Shown in pieces: positions 29,783 through 39,581 of a DNA stretch of 64,000 nucleotides. The position numbers and the translations under genes were made by a program. The DNA lies in contig CAVOYH010000001.1 of NCBI GenBank assembly GCA_963700635.1, positions 1 to 64,000 on the forward strand, read 5' to 3'. Within the stretch, counting starts at the first letter, position 1. The number at the start of each line of letters is the position of its first letter. The notes beneath the pieces are model-generated. The model was not told where the DNA came from. It saw only the letters and a program-made list of their open reading frames with translations, and did not search any database. The DNA is from an uncultured Bacteroidota bacterium. Its GTDB lineage: Bacteria > Bacteroidota > Ignavibacteria > UBA10030 > UBA6906.

Positions 29783-32700
29783 TTATTGGAGGAGAAGCAT
29801 TCGTTTTGTCTGTACGAAATCCCTCACTTGCAGCCGATAGAAGTAGACGCCGCTTGAGAGGTTCATGCAGTCAAAAACCACATCGTGATACCCCGCATCT
29901 AAATGCCCCCCGACCAGCTCTGCCACTTGTTCACCCAATGTGTTGTATACTGTTAGGCGTACAAACGATCTTTCTGGAAGTCCGAACGCTATGGTTGTAC
30001 TCGGATTGAACGGATTAGGATAATTTTGCATCAACGTATTCTGTGTTGGGAACTCCTGGCTCGTCACGCTCGATACGCTGGCGGTGAGTGTGGCGATTGC
30101 GCTGATCCCATTGGGACTAAATTTGCTTGTATCAGTCACGATCCCACCTAATCCCCCTGGGGGTACATACAATGCCCTTCCTGTGAATGTACGATTGTCA
30201 CTTCCCCGCCAGATTTTCCACTTCAGTACTTCTCCGCTGGCAAGACCCTCTTGGACACTGGTCGTCGCATCGTTGCCAAACGCTGCAATTGCTACATTGC
30301 TGCTGTCTGTCCATCGCTCATAGCCTGCACACGCCATTACTCCACTCGAATCATAAAATACGCCAATATAGTCCCCAACAGTTATTGGCATACCATCTAT
30401 TGCTGGATTGACTGAGAGTTGCACTATGCAGGTGTGACTTGTTCCAGTGTTAGTGTAAAACCAAGGGGGACCTGCATTGGACTGCTTCGCGGAAGTCGAG
30501 GCCTCCTCATACGAAACGAGCGGCTCGGAGAGAGTGTTTGCCGGATACTCTATCGTTCGTGCTGTGGCCATCTTCACTTGATAACCCTGACCTACCTTAA
30601 GCGCCCCTATCCCGTTTACTCCTACCGATGGTATATACGTCTTGCCGTCCTGGTCTTTGACGATAACAACGTCACTCACAACACCACTTAGTGCGGAAGT
30701 GATCAGCATATCAGCATCACGAACATACGGCATAATGCTCCATCCAAGGGGCAATCCGATGGTCAGCGCCCAAGGTACTATTTTTTGACCCATGAATCCC
30801 ACGGCCCTAGCATTCGCCATCTTGACCTGATATCCCTCCGTATTCACCCAAGGGCCAATCGTATTCACTGGCACAGACGGAATGTAGTTTTTCTGGGCTC
30901 CGTTCTTCATGATAATCAGGTCGGCAGACACACCGGCAAAGATGTTGTCCAGAGTCGTCGACTGCGGAATAACATAGCTTGAGATCAACCCCCAGCCGCT
31001 GCGCAACGTCACATTGTGCGTCGAGAGACCTCCGGCGAGTGACATAAGCTGGCTGATCCCGTTTGAGGCATAAGTATTGGTGTGTGTGACCACCCCACCA
31101 GTAGGACTGTACGTCGCCTCGGCATCATATATTATCCCTCCATTTGCCCGGAAGATTTTCCAACGGAATACTTCGCCCGACGAGAATCCGTCTTTTGAGC
31201 CTGATGTCGGATCGTCACCAAATGCAGAAATGGCAATGCTGCCACTGCCCGTCCACCTCTCATATCCAGCACAGGCGAGCGCCCCAAGTGAATCGTAGAA
31301 CACACCCACATAGTCCCCTGCAATTAACGCAGTGCCGTTGATGTTCGGATTTGCTCCAGTGGGTATGATGATAGTGTGACTGATGCCCGTGTTGATGAAC
31401 TGCCAACCGGGGAAAGTCACAATCGGATACCCTCCCTCGTGGAAAAGTTCACTGATCTCGCTCTCTCCCAAGGCACGGCTATAGAGACGGACATCATCAA
31501 TCTTCCCGTTGAACCAATATCGATACCCTGCAAGCGGATGTCTGCCGATCGAGAGTGGGCCTTGATTGGATCCCAGCGTCTTTGAAACCGACAGACTGTT
31601 TTTTCAGGACGCCATCAATGTAACTTCGCAGCGTCTGCCCATCATAGGTGACCGAAAAGAAATACCACTGACCGACGGAGAGCGAGACATTAGACGCATT
31701 GATGCTAGTTACTATAGACGTCGATTGATCTTCCGTGAACATTACTGCAAAACCCGCATTGATGGGGGCTGGATGGAGACGAGCAACATAATATCCTGCA
31801 GTATATCCGTCCCCCTTTGACAATATGTTGCCAACTTGAGTTAGGGAGTTTGCCTGAAACCAACCGGTGTATGTAATTGTTGACGCGGGATTAAGGGCTG
31901 CATCGTGGGCTATCTCAATGTAGTTGTCCACCCCGTTGAACAAGTAAGCCGAGTTGGGATTTCCAAATCGATCCGTCGTCGATGTGGCCCCGTACACGAG
32001 GCCATGATGCTGATTTCCAGAAGCATCTGATGCATTGCCATTAAAAGGATAGTAGGCAATAAGCCCGGGTCCAACGCTGAACGCCGGATCGTGCCAATTG
32101 CTTGCGTCCGTCAGAGCTGTGCCGTACCGATCTGAAGACGCGAAGGCCCCTACTCGACAAGTAATAACTCCCCTCTATTGCAGGCGCGTCGCAGTAGCAA
32201 ACCACAGTTTTCGTAGTGCCGAGTATATAGGTTTGTGCAGATGTAAACAAGCTGACATCATATGGAGCCGTCTTGTCCCGATCCAAATACACACCCCCAT
32301 AAGCTAAAACGGCTTGTGCTCCGCCGTAGCAGGATTTTTGAGTTGGATCTCAATACGTAGGCGAGTGCCAGGTTGGATCGGCCTCCTGGCGTTGTCGGGA
32401 AGTAGTTCATTGGTACTGTCGAGGTAGACGCCAACGTTAGGCATGTACGGCGTGTTATGCGTATGGGAGTCAGACGTAGTCTGATTAGCGTAAATCGTAA
32501 TTCCGGTCTTCTCTCCCCAGAATTGTTCTCCCCACGGTGAGATGCGATTGACATATACTCTGTAGTAATATCCTGAACCTGCGGGGACATTCACAAAGGT
32601 CACCTGCGAACTCGAATATCGTCAAACCTTCGCCACCTGGGCACCGCTGTTGTTGTAGAGCACCACGCGAACGTTCACCTGGCTGTCCCCAGTTTTCAGC

Positions 32701-33412
32701 GTCAAAGAGCGTAATCGCAAGCGTTCCTACCAAGCCCTCATTGTACAAAGCACTAATTTCTGATGAGGTCAACGCGCGGTTGTATATTCGAATGTCGTCG
32801 ATCTTACCATTGAAGTGTCTGATCCCCCACTGAGAGCCGATTCTGAACGCGGTGGGTGTCTTTATCGTCGTTGAAATCGGGGATACGACCTGCTGCCCAT
32901 CCACAAATGCTGAGATCGTTCCAGATTGTCTGGTTACAGTAGAAAATACCATCTATTTGTTCGGGGAACGAATAGTTCAGATGATATATGTACAGTCCTC
33001 CAGCATATATAGTCAATTCCCTACCGGTGGGTCCACTCTATGCCAAACGAAATGCCATTCCCAGTATACCCATCATCGTAACCGATCGACATAGCCGAAG
33101 CATACGTGTTACTAACCGGCAAGAGATACGGATTAATCCATGCGGCAATGGTGAATCTGTCCATGGTTATGTTGGGCACTTGAGAACAACTGATATAGCT
33201 GCTGGTTCCATTGAAGCTGTAAGCGCTGTTGGTACTTCAGTATCTATCTCCCGATAGGGTTGCTCTACTACTGTACCATTGTTACCATACAACCCACCCT
33301 CGTCATTTGCATTCCCATCAAAAGGATAGTAAGCCACGAGCCCACTAGTTGGAACTTGGGCGAAAAGTGCAACATTGAATACTAGGATAAGCGCAAGAAA
33401 GATGGCTTTCAT
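29783..33412 (-). pseudogene. Large secreted LamG/ConA-like multidomain protein with T9SS tail, broken by many frameshifts (pseudogene or sequence errors)
   Basis: Signal peptide MKAIFLAL..FA-Q; two LamG-type domains (GLVAYYPFDGNAND..GKIDDIRIYNRALT and GLIAYYPFNGNASD..DRFGNPNSAY); repeated downstream domains; C-terminal MQNYPNPFNPSTT. Spread across at least six ORF fragments. Confidence 0.7.
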
Positions 33413-33613
33413 GGCTGCCTCAGATAGGTTAGTACTCAGAATTGTCTGTGTTCAATCAAACGGTCGGACTAGTGCCAATCTCACGCGCTGTTCAATAGAG
33501 GATCGATAGGTCACGACGGAAAAACCTCTCCCCATCCTTCTGGACCAGAGAGGTTTCTCTTCACAATTCCCCGTCACGCCTCCCCCCCCCGGATGACGCA
33601 TTTCTTTGTAATC

Positions 33614-33642
33614 AAGATAGCCCTGCGACTTGGGAAAGTCAA
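33614..33642 (-). promoter_or_regulatory. sigma70-type promoter about 200 nt upstream of the LamG gene
   Basis: Minus strand TTGACT-17 nt-TATCTT. Confidence 0.5.
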
Positions 33643-34000
33643 GGTGAATCGCTATCCAGACCTTCATTCATAAGATCCTTGGAGAGAGAGCGGCTAACGT
33701 AACCCCATAAAAATCTGACAAAGTGAATTGCCGGAGAACACGCCCCCAGTATCGGTTTCTCCAGCATCTTTATCTTCGGATATCCCCGGGGGTAATATTG
33801 CGGCGCTGGCCTCGTTTGAAACTTGGTGCCATGCACGGTCCATACCTACCCCCTTTTGCCCTTCAAACCGTCGCGGAATCGCTCTTGAAGTATTTTCAAT
33901 TCTATCTGCAACAAAGTCAGTCATCGCTTACTGATATTCCGCAAACGAATCCTGCCACCGCCGAAAAACAATTCTGCTGTTGACACTGCGATTTTTTCCC

Positions 34001-34048
34001 TTGACATACTTCGCAGTAGTGCGTATATTCAGACAAAAGAATCCGAAT
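34001..34048 (+). promoter_or_regulatory. sigma70 promoter of the rrf2 gene with overlapping operator
   Basis: TTGACA(34001)-17 nt-TATATT(34024); imperfect palindrome ATTCAGAC-N6-ATCCGAAT (34027-34048) over the -10/start site. Confidence 0.7.
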
Positions 34049-34054
34049 TCACCT

Positions 34055-34492
34055 ATGAGCGTCCTCTTTTCCCGACAATGTGAATATGCCCTCCAGGCCG
34101 TTCTCTATCTTGCCCTCAAGAAAGATGGCGAGCGGGTGACGACGGGCGAGTTTACAAAAAAACTGAAGATCCCCTATCATTTCCTCGGCAAAATCCTTCA
34201 GAACCTGACGAAAAAAGGGTTGCTTCGTTCGGAAAAGGGACCCCGCGGGGGGTTCTCGCTGGGAATGCCGGCTGAAGACATAACACTCTTTCATATCGTG
34301 GACGCCATTGACGGAGCGGATTTCACGCGGACCTGTGTGCTGGGGTTTCCCGAGTGCTCGGATGAAAGACCATGCTCCGTCCATCATACATGGGGCGGTC
34401 TGCGCGAATCTATCTATACCATGCTTGTGAAAAAGAACATTACACAACTGGCCCGGGAGATGCAAAGGCCAGAGTACCAGTCAAAACGGTAA
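34055..34492 (+). CDS. Rrf2 family transcriptional regulator (Fe-S binding)
   Basis: FSRQCEYALQA, winged-helix KGPRGGF.L, ITL..IV.AIDG, and Cys triad CVLGFPECSDERPCSVH; start ATG 34055. Confidence 0.92.
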   Translation: MSVLFSRQCEYALQAVLYLALKKDGERVTTGEFTKKLKIPYHFLGKILQNLTKKGLLRSEKGPRGGFSLGMPAEDITLFHIVDAIDGADFTRTCVLGFPECSDERPCSVHHTWGGLRESIYTMLVKKNITQLAREMQRPEYQSKR

Positions 34493-34512
34493 GCAGTTTT
34501 TGTCTGTTTATA

Positions 34513-34534
34513 AATCAGACGCTATTGTCTGAAT
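34513..34534. promoter_or_regulatory. Second Rrf2-type operator, upstream of the membrane Fe-S gene
   Basis: Perfect palindrome TCAGAC-GCTATT-GTCTGA with the same half-site and spacing as the site at 34029-34046. Confidence 0.65.
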
Positions 34535-34568
34535 TACAATGAGGAGAAGGGGAGAGAGAGAAGGGACC

Positions 34569-35798
34569 ATGCGCTTTCATGAAGAACCTCTACAGGAGAT
34601 GCCGGATACCCGCCGCACCACCACACCGATAGCTCAGCAACACATCCTGACAATCCCTCAGGTCAAGAAACGCGCGACGAACATAAAGAAAATCCCCCCT
34701 CACCTCCGGCGCGGAAAACCAGACTATAGAAACGAGACTCTCTGGTACCGGCGTGTGCTCAAACGTCTTGCCCGCGATTCACAATACCAGCGATCAGCCG
34801 TCCAGTTGGCTTTCGCGTTGCTCTGCCTCTGGATTGGCGTGGAGTTCTACTATTTTATGCAATGGGGTATGGCAGGCGGCACGGAGACGTTCGTCCCGCG
34901 CCCTCCCGGCGTCGAGGGGTTCCTTCCGATCAGCGCCCTGATCAGTCTGAAGTACTGGTGGCATACCGGTATTGTCAATAATGTGCACCCCTCCGGAATG
35001 ATTATTCTTCTGGGGATCATCGCCGCCGGCATCTTTCTTAAGAAAGCCTTTTGCAGCTGGCTCTGTCCGGTGGGAACACTGAGCGAATCGCTCTGGATGG
35101 TGGGCCAGAAGTTGTTCAAACGCACCTGGGATATGCCGCGGTGGCTGGACTACCCGCTCCGGTCGCTTAAATATCTCCTCCTGGCGTTCTTCGCTCTCTC
35201 GATTGCCGGGATGGACGTTGACGCTCTGCGGTCGTTTATCTACAGTCCGTACAATAAGATGGCTGACGTGAAGATGTACCTCTTCTTCGCTGACATCACG
35301 TCAACGGTACTCTGGACAATACTCATCCTGGTCCTCCTCTCGGTGGTGATCAAGAACTTCTGGTGCAGATACCTCTGTCCGTACGGTGCCCTGCTCGGCA
35401 TCACCGGCTGGCTCAGTCCGCTGAAGATCACCCGCAACAAAGACACCTGTGTGGATTGTGAGTTGTGCACGAAGGCGTGTCCGTCGCGTATCAACGTGCA
35501 CAAAGCCGGACGTGTGTGGAGCGACGAATGTATGAGTTGTATGGCATGCGTGGCGGTGTGTCCGGTGAAAAACACGCTGGACCTTCGGTTGACCGGAAAA
35601 AGCAAACCCATCCCCACGCGGGTGTATGGTGTTCTTGTGGCGGGCACGTTCGTCGCGATTGTGGGTCTGGCGATGCTCACCGGGTTCTGGCAGAATGGCA
35701 TCTCGCCGGAGGAATATCAGCGGCGGTTCCAAAACCTTGATGCTCCGGTCTATCAACACTTTCGCGGAGAGGTTCCGGCCTATGGCCCCAACGACTGA
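34569..35798 (+). CDS. YccM/NapH-like membrane 4Fe-4S protein
   Basis: Transmembrane helices; FCSWLCPVG and WCRYLCPYG; CVDCELCTKACP and CMSCMACVAVCP; RPPGVEGFLPI. Confidence 0.85.
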   Translation: MRFHEEPLQEMPDTRRTTTPIAQQHILTIPQVKKRATNIKKIPPHLRRGKPDYRNETLWYRRVLKRLARDSQYQRSAVQLAFALLCLWIGVEFYYFMQWGMAGGTETFVPRPPGVEGFLPISALISLKYWWHTGIVNNVHPSGMIILLGIIAAGIFLKKAFCSWLCPVGTLSESLWMVGQKLFKRTWDMPRWLDYPLRSLKYLLLAFFALSIAGMDVDALRSFIYSPYNKMADVKMYLFFADITSTVLWTILILVLLSVVIKNFWCRYLCPYGALLGITGWLSPLKITRNKDTCVDCELCTKACPSRINVHKAGRVWSDECMSCMACVAVCPVKNTLDLRLTGKSKPIPTRVYGVLVAGTFVAIVGLAMLTGFWQNGISPEEYQRRFQNLDAPVYQHFRGEVPAYGPND

Positions 35799-36552
35799 AG
35801 ACCTCGATATTCCTTCGTTCTACGATTGGTTGTCCCGCGACTACGACCGGATGACCGCGTTTGATCAGCGGTTTGTGCGGGAACGGCCGTTTATCAAGCT
35901 CCTCGTTGACAACTACCATATCACCAAGGCGCTGGACGCCGGCACGGGGACCGGTTTTCACGCATTACTTCTGGCGCAGCTTGGTGTAGAGGTCACTGCC
36001 GTCGATATTTCGCCGGCCATGGTTGAAGCGCTGATGCGCCGAGCGTTGAGCATGGACCTCGTGGTCACGCCGCTCGTCGCCCCGTTTCAGGATCTCCCTG
36101 CTCTCGTCACGAACCCCCAGGATGCGGTGTTCTCAATGGGAAACACGCTCGCCCACAGTGAGTCCCGGAAGGATCTCCTGTCCACACTCACGGCATTCCG
36201 GCGCCTTCTGCGCCCGGGTGGAGTCCTGTTTGCGCAGGTCCTCAATTACCGCAAGATTCTCTCAACACGCGAGCGTATGCAGATCGTCCGTGAAGCAGGC
36301 CCGACAAAATTTGTTCGATGGTACGAATATTCGGGGGACCGTATTCGCTTCCACATTACACAGGAAGAGCTCAGCACGGGAAAGATGCTGGAGGAAAAAT
36401 CCGTTGAGCTGCGTCCGGTTCTGGACGATGAACTCCGTCAGTCGTTGTCGGAAGCAGGCTTCGGTGAGATCCGGATCCATGGGGGAATCACCATGGAGCC
36501 GTTTGACGCGCTGAATTCGAAAGACTGTGTAGTCCTCGCGCTGCACCCTTGA
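35782..36552 (+). CDS. Class I SAM-dependent methyltransferase
   Basis: LDAGTGTG, VDISPAM, MGNTLAH and LRPGG; start ATG 35782 overlaps the previous gene. Confidence 0.85.
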   Translation: MAPTTEDLDIPSFYDWLSRDYDRMTAFDQRFVRERPFIKLLVDNYHITKALDAGTGTGFHALLLAQLGVEVTAVDISPAMVEALMRRALSMDLVVTPLVAPFQDLPALVTNPQDAVFSMGNTLAHSESRKDLLSTLTAFRRLLRPGGVLFAQVLNYRKILSTRERMQIVREAGPTKFVRWYEYSGDRIRFHITQEELSTGKMLEEKSVELRPVLDDELRQSLSEAGFGEIRIHGGITMEPFDALNSKDCVVLALHP

Positions 36553-36577
36553 CACTCCGCCCCGGGGGGCGTATATT
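36549..36577 (+). promoter_or_regulatory. sigma70 promoter for the archease-rtcB operon
   Basis: TTGACA-17 nt-TATATT. Confidence 0.65.
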
Positions 36578-36625
36578 CGATTTATCTGTTCAATCGTGTT
36601 CCGGCACTCCCCGAAAGGCGCTGTG

Positions 36626-36934
36626 ATGGCACAACACATCCAAGCGGCTACTCCTGTCTGGAAAGCCTCGATCATAGCAGCTACGATCCTCGGCGGAATC
36701 CTCTTTCTCGGTGGTATCATCCTCGCAATTCTCGGCTCAACGGCTGAAAGTGTCTTCACACTCTTCGGCAACGAATTCTCCTCTACCAGTGTGGGCGTGG
36801 CGCTGGCCTTTATCGGGGCAGTGCTGGATGTTATCATCATACGAAGGGTGTTAACGTCGGTGGATGCGGCTGGTAAAGGGGGCGGGACGCAGGGAACCCG
36901 TGAACCCGACAAGAAGCCATCCGGCTCTTCGTAA
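36626..36934 (+). CDS. Small two-helix membrane protein of unknown function
   Basis: Two hydrophobic segments; first ORF after the promoter, 9 nt before archease. Confidence 0.55.
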   Translation: MAQHIQAATPVWKASIIAATILGGILFLGGIILAILGSTAESVFTLFGNEFSSTSVGVALAFIGAVLDVIIIRRVLTSVDAAGKGGGTQGTREPDKKPSGSS

Positions 36935-36943
36935 CCTCCATCC

Positions 36944-37363
36944 ATGGGATCCCCCTTTACACTTCTTGCCCACCCCGCAGACGTCGGCATCGAGGCGTGC
37001 GGGACCACAGTGGCGGAAGCCTTCACGCATGTCGCCGATGGACTGATGTCCCTGATCGCCGACCCATCAACCGTCCGGGGGAGCTTTTCCAGGGAGATCA
37101 TGCTGGAAGGGTCCGACTATGAACATCTTCTGCACCTCTGGCTTTCGGAAATACTCTATCTTTATGATGGTGAACGATTCATGGCACATCGCGCCACAGT
37201 GACGGCCATAACGCCCACGCACCTTCGTGCGATCATCGTTGGCGAACCGCTCGACCCGGCACGGCACATCCTCCGGACTGATGTGAAGGGGATCACGTAT
37301 CATCAACTTGCGGTCCGCCGCAGCGGCACAGAGTGGACGCTCCGGGTCTTTGTGGATGTCTGA
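36944..37363 (+). CDS. Archease
   Basis: HPADVGI at the N-terminus, DVKGITYH, and C-terminal FVDV; directly upstream of rtcB. Confidence 0.9.
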   Translation: MGSPFTLLAHPADVGIEACGTTVAEAFTHVADGLMSLIADPSTVRGSFSREIMLEGSDYEHLLHLWLSEILYLYDGERFMAHRATVTAITPTHLRAIIVGEPLDPARHILRTDVKGITYHQLAVRRSGTEWTLRVFVDV

Positions 37364-38780
37364 TGATACAGTCAATCGATACATACCGCCACCGCATTCC
37401 CACGGCCCTCAAGAAAGGGATGCGGATCGACGGGCTGATTTACGCAGATCGTGTGTTGCTCAAGGCGATTGAAGCAGATCAGACCCTCGAACAGGTGGCC
37501 AATGTTGCAATGCTTCCGGGACTTGTGGGCCAGTCTCTGGCCATGCCGGATGCCCATCAGGGGTACGGGTTCTGTATCGGTGGTGTCGCCGCATCGGACC
37601 TGAAAGAGGGGGTGGTGTCGGCCGGCGGAGTGGGTTTTGATATCAACTGCGGCGTCCGTCTCCTGGCCTGCGAAATGGATCCCGGGCATCTGCGTGCGCA
37701 TCTTGAGCCCCTTCTTGCTACATTGTTCCGGGACATTCCCGCGGGCCGGACGAAAAGTCCGGTTGCCATCTGGCAGAGAAGAACTGGAAAATGTGCTGCG
37801 AAAGGGGGCTCGCTGGACGATCGAAAGGGGATACGGAGAGGAAGCCGACCTCACGCGCATCGAAGACCACGGCGTGCTTCCCCGGGCAAATCCGGATTCG
37901 GTGAGCAGCAGGGCAAGGGACCGAGGTCATGAACAGATCGGCACGCTGGGATCCGGAAATCACTTTCTGGAGATCCAGGCCGTCGAGGAAATTTTTGATG
38001 AACCGGTCGCACGTGCATTCGGGCTCAGCAAAGACCAGATCGTGGTACTCATCCACAGCGGCTCACGGGGGCTGGGACACCAGGTGTGTACTGACGCTCT
38101 CGATTATATGCAGCGGGGGATGAAGAAGTACGGCATCAGCGTTGTGGATCGCCAGCTTGCCTGTGTTCCGATCCACTCCGAAGAAGGGCGTGCGTACCTG
38201 CAGGCCATGGCAGCCGCCGCGAATTTTGCGTTTGCAAACCGGCAGATGATGACCCACCGCGTTCGGGAATCATGTAGGCGAGTGCTCGGCACGTCGGAGA
38301 TCCGGGTCGTGTATGACGTGTGCCACAATATCGCCAAGCGGAAGCCACACATCGGTGGACGGGAAGCGCGACGGTCCTCGTCCACCGCAAAGGTGCAACA
38401 CGCGCTTTCCCCGCTTTTCACCCCGCTCTCCCGGACGATCTTCGACCGGTGGGGCAACCCGTGCTGGTTCCCGGCAGCATGGGAACTTCGTCGTATGTGC
38501 TGGTGGGGACGGACCGGGCAATGCAGGAGACCTTCGGCTCCTCATGCCATGGTGCCGGCCGTGCAATGAGTCGTACACGAGCCAGGAAGGAAACCTCGCC
38601 GGACGCGTTGAGGCAGATGCGACCAGCTCGGTATTCAGGTGCTTGGGCGGAGTAACCGGTCTCACCGAGAGAAGCGCCGAGGCCTACAAAGACGTCGACC
38701 GCGTGGTTGACGTGGTTAACGGAGCCGGACTCGCCCGCAAGGTCGCCCGGCTCATACCCCTTGCAGTCATGAAAGGATGA
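37363..38780 (+). CDS. rtcB: RtcB RNA ligase with at least three frameshifts
   Basis: [57 protein letters not shown] and C-terminal VMKG, spread over four ORF segments (shifts near 37745, 38345, 38610-38660). Confidence 0.85.
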
Positions 38781-39220
38781 TGATGAAAGAGATTGACCCG
38801 CGGATGCATACGGCCGAACACCTGCTCAGCGGCACACTCGTCTCGATGTTCGGCATGGAGCGTCCGTTTACCACACATATTGAAAAGAAAAAATCCAAGG
38901 CGGATTACCGCTTCGACCGCACCTTGACGGATGACGAAGCCCGCGCCGTCGAGGAACAGGTAAACGCGCTTATTGCCGCCGACCTTCCCGTTACCGAAGA
39001 ATTTCTCTCCAGGGAGGAAGCGGAGCTGACCTTTGATCTTTCCCGCCTTCCTGACGCTTCGGGCGATCGTGTCCGGGTTATCCGGTGCGGGGATGCTGAT
39101 ACCTGTCCGTGCAGCGGCCCCCATGTACGTTCCACGGGGGAGTGCGGCAAAATCCGATTGATTTCATGGTCCTACGAGGAGGGTGCATTACGCGTACGTT
39201 TCAGGTTGGAGCGACCATGA
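38777..39220 (+). CDS. Free-standing AlaX-like tRNA editing (tRNA_SAD) domain protein
   Basis: Zn-site motifs HTAEHLL (HxxxH) and CSGPH (CxxxH); ATGA coupling to rtcB. Confidence 0.8.
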   Translation: MMMKEIDPRMHTAEHLLSGTLVSMFGMERPFTTHIEKKKSKADYRFDRTLTDDEARAVEEQVNALIAADLPVTEEFLSREEAELTFDLSRLPDASGDRVRVIRCGDADTCPCSGPHVRSTGECGKIRLISWSYEEGALRVRFRLERP

Positions 39221-39572
39221 CACGCTCTGCCGCCATGATCGTTGCCGGGATGTTACTTATCGTCATGGGGACGGGAGCAGACCCCGGTACGGACGCGGGG
39301 CCGGATCCCGTCCGGAATGTGGCAATTCTGACCGAAGAAGAAGCTCTGGTGTACGAGGTGACCTGGACGCTGTAGATTTTCCGGTAAGGGCAATCAAAGT
39401 GGAAGGGAACACGACGGTCGTCGGTGTGTTCGGGATGTCCGGAGATTTTACAGGATGGTTCAGTGATGATGCCAGTGCGGTCCCGCTCCGGGGGAAGTTG
39501 AAGGTCCTTCTCGGATCCGTTACCATGGAGCTGGTACGCTGGAACAAAAAAAGTTGGCGACCGCCACAATAG
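39217..39572 (+). pseudogene. DUF3108-like exported protein remnant with a large internal deletion
   Basis: Signal peptide plus E.LVYEVTW in one frame, joined out of frame to the C-terminal GWFSDD..VPL..KLKV.LGSVT.EL; the middle of the domain is missing. Confidence 0.55.
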
Positions 39573-39581
39573 CAAAACGAC

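Noticed and set aside
28368-33699. 9-bp inverted repeat CGTTAGCCG (28368) / CGGCTAACG (33691) roughly bracketing the low-GC segment, resembling integron core sites
   Set aside because: No attC-length hairpin with L boxes, no integrase, and a 9-bp match between two intergenic regions of several hundred bases is near chance expectation.
33817-33831. TGGCAC-containing sigma54-like site on the minus strand
   Set aside because: Lacks the GC at -12 with GG-N10-GC spacing.
37740-38665. Programmed frameshifting or an intein/intron in rtcB
   Set aside because: Several shifts with no slippery heptamer, and the total length fits an uninterrupted RtcB.
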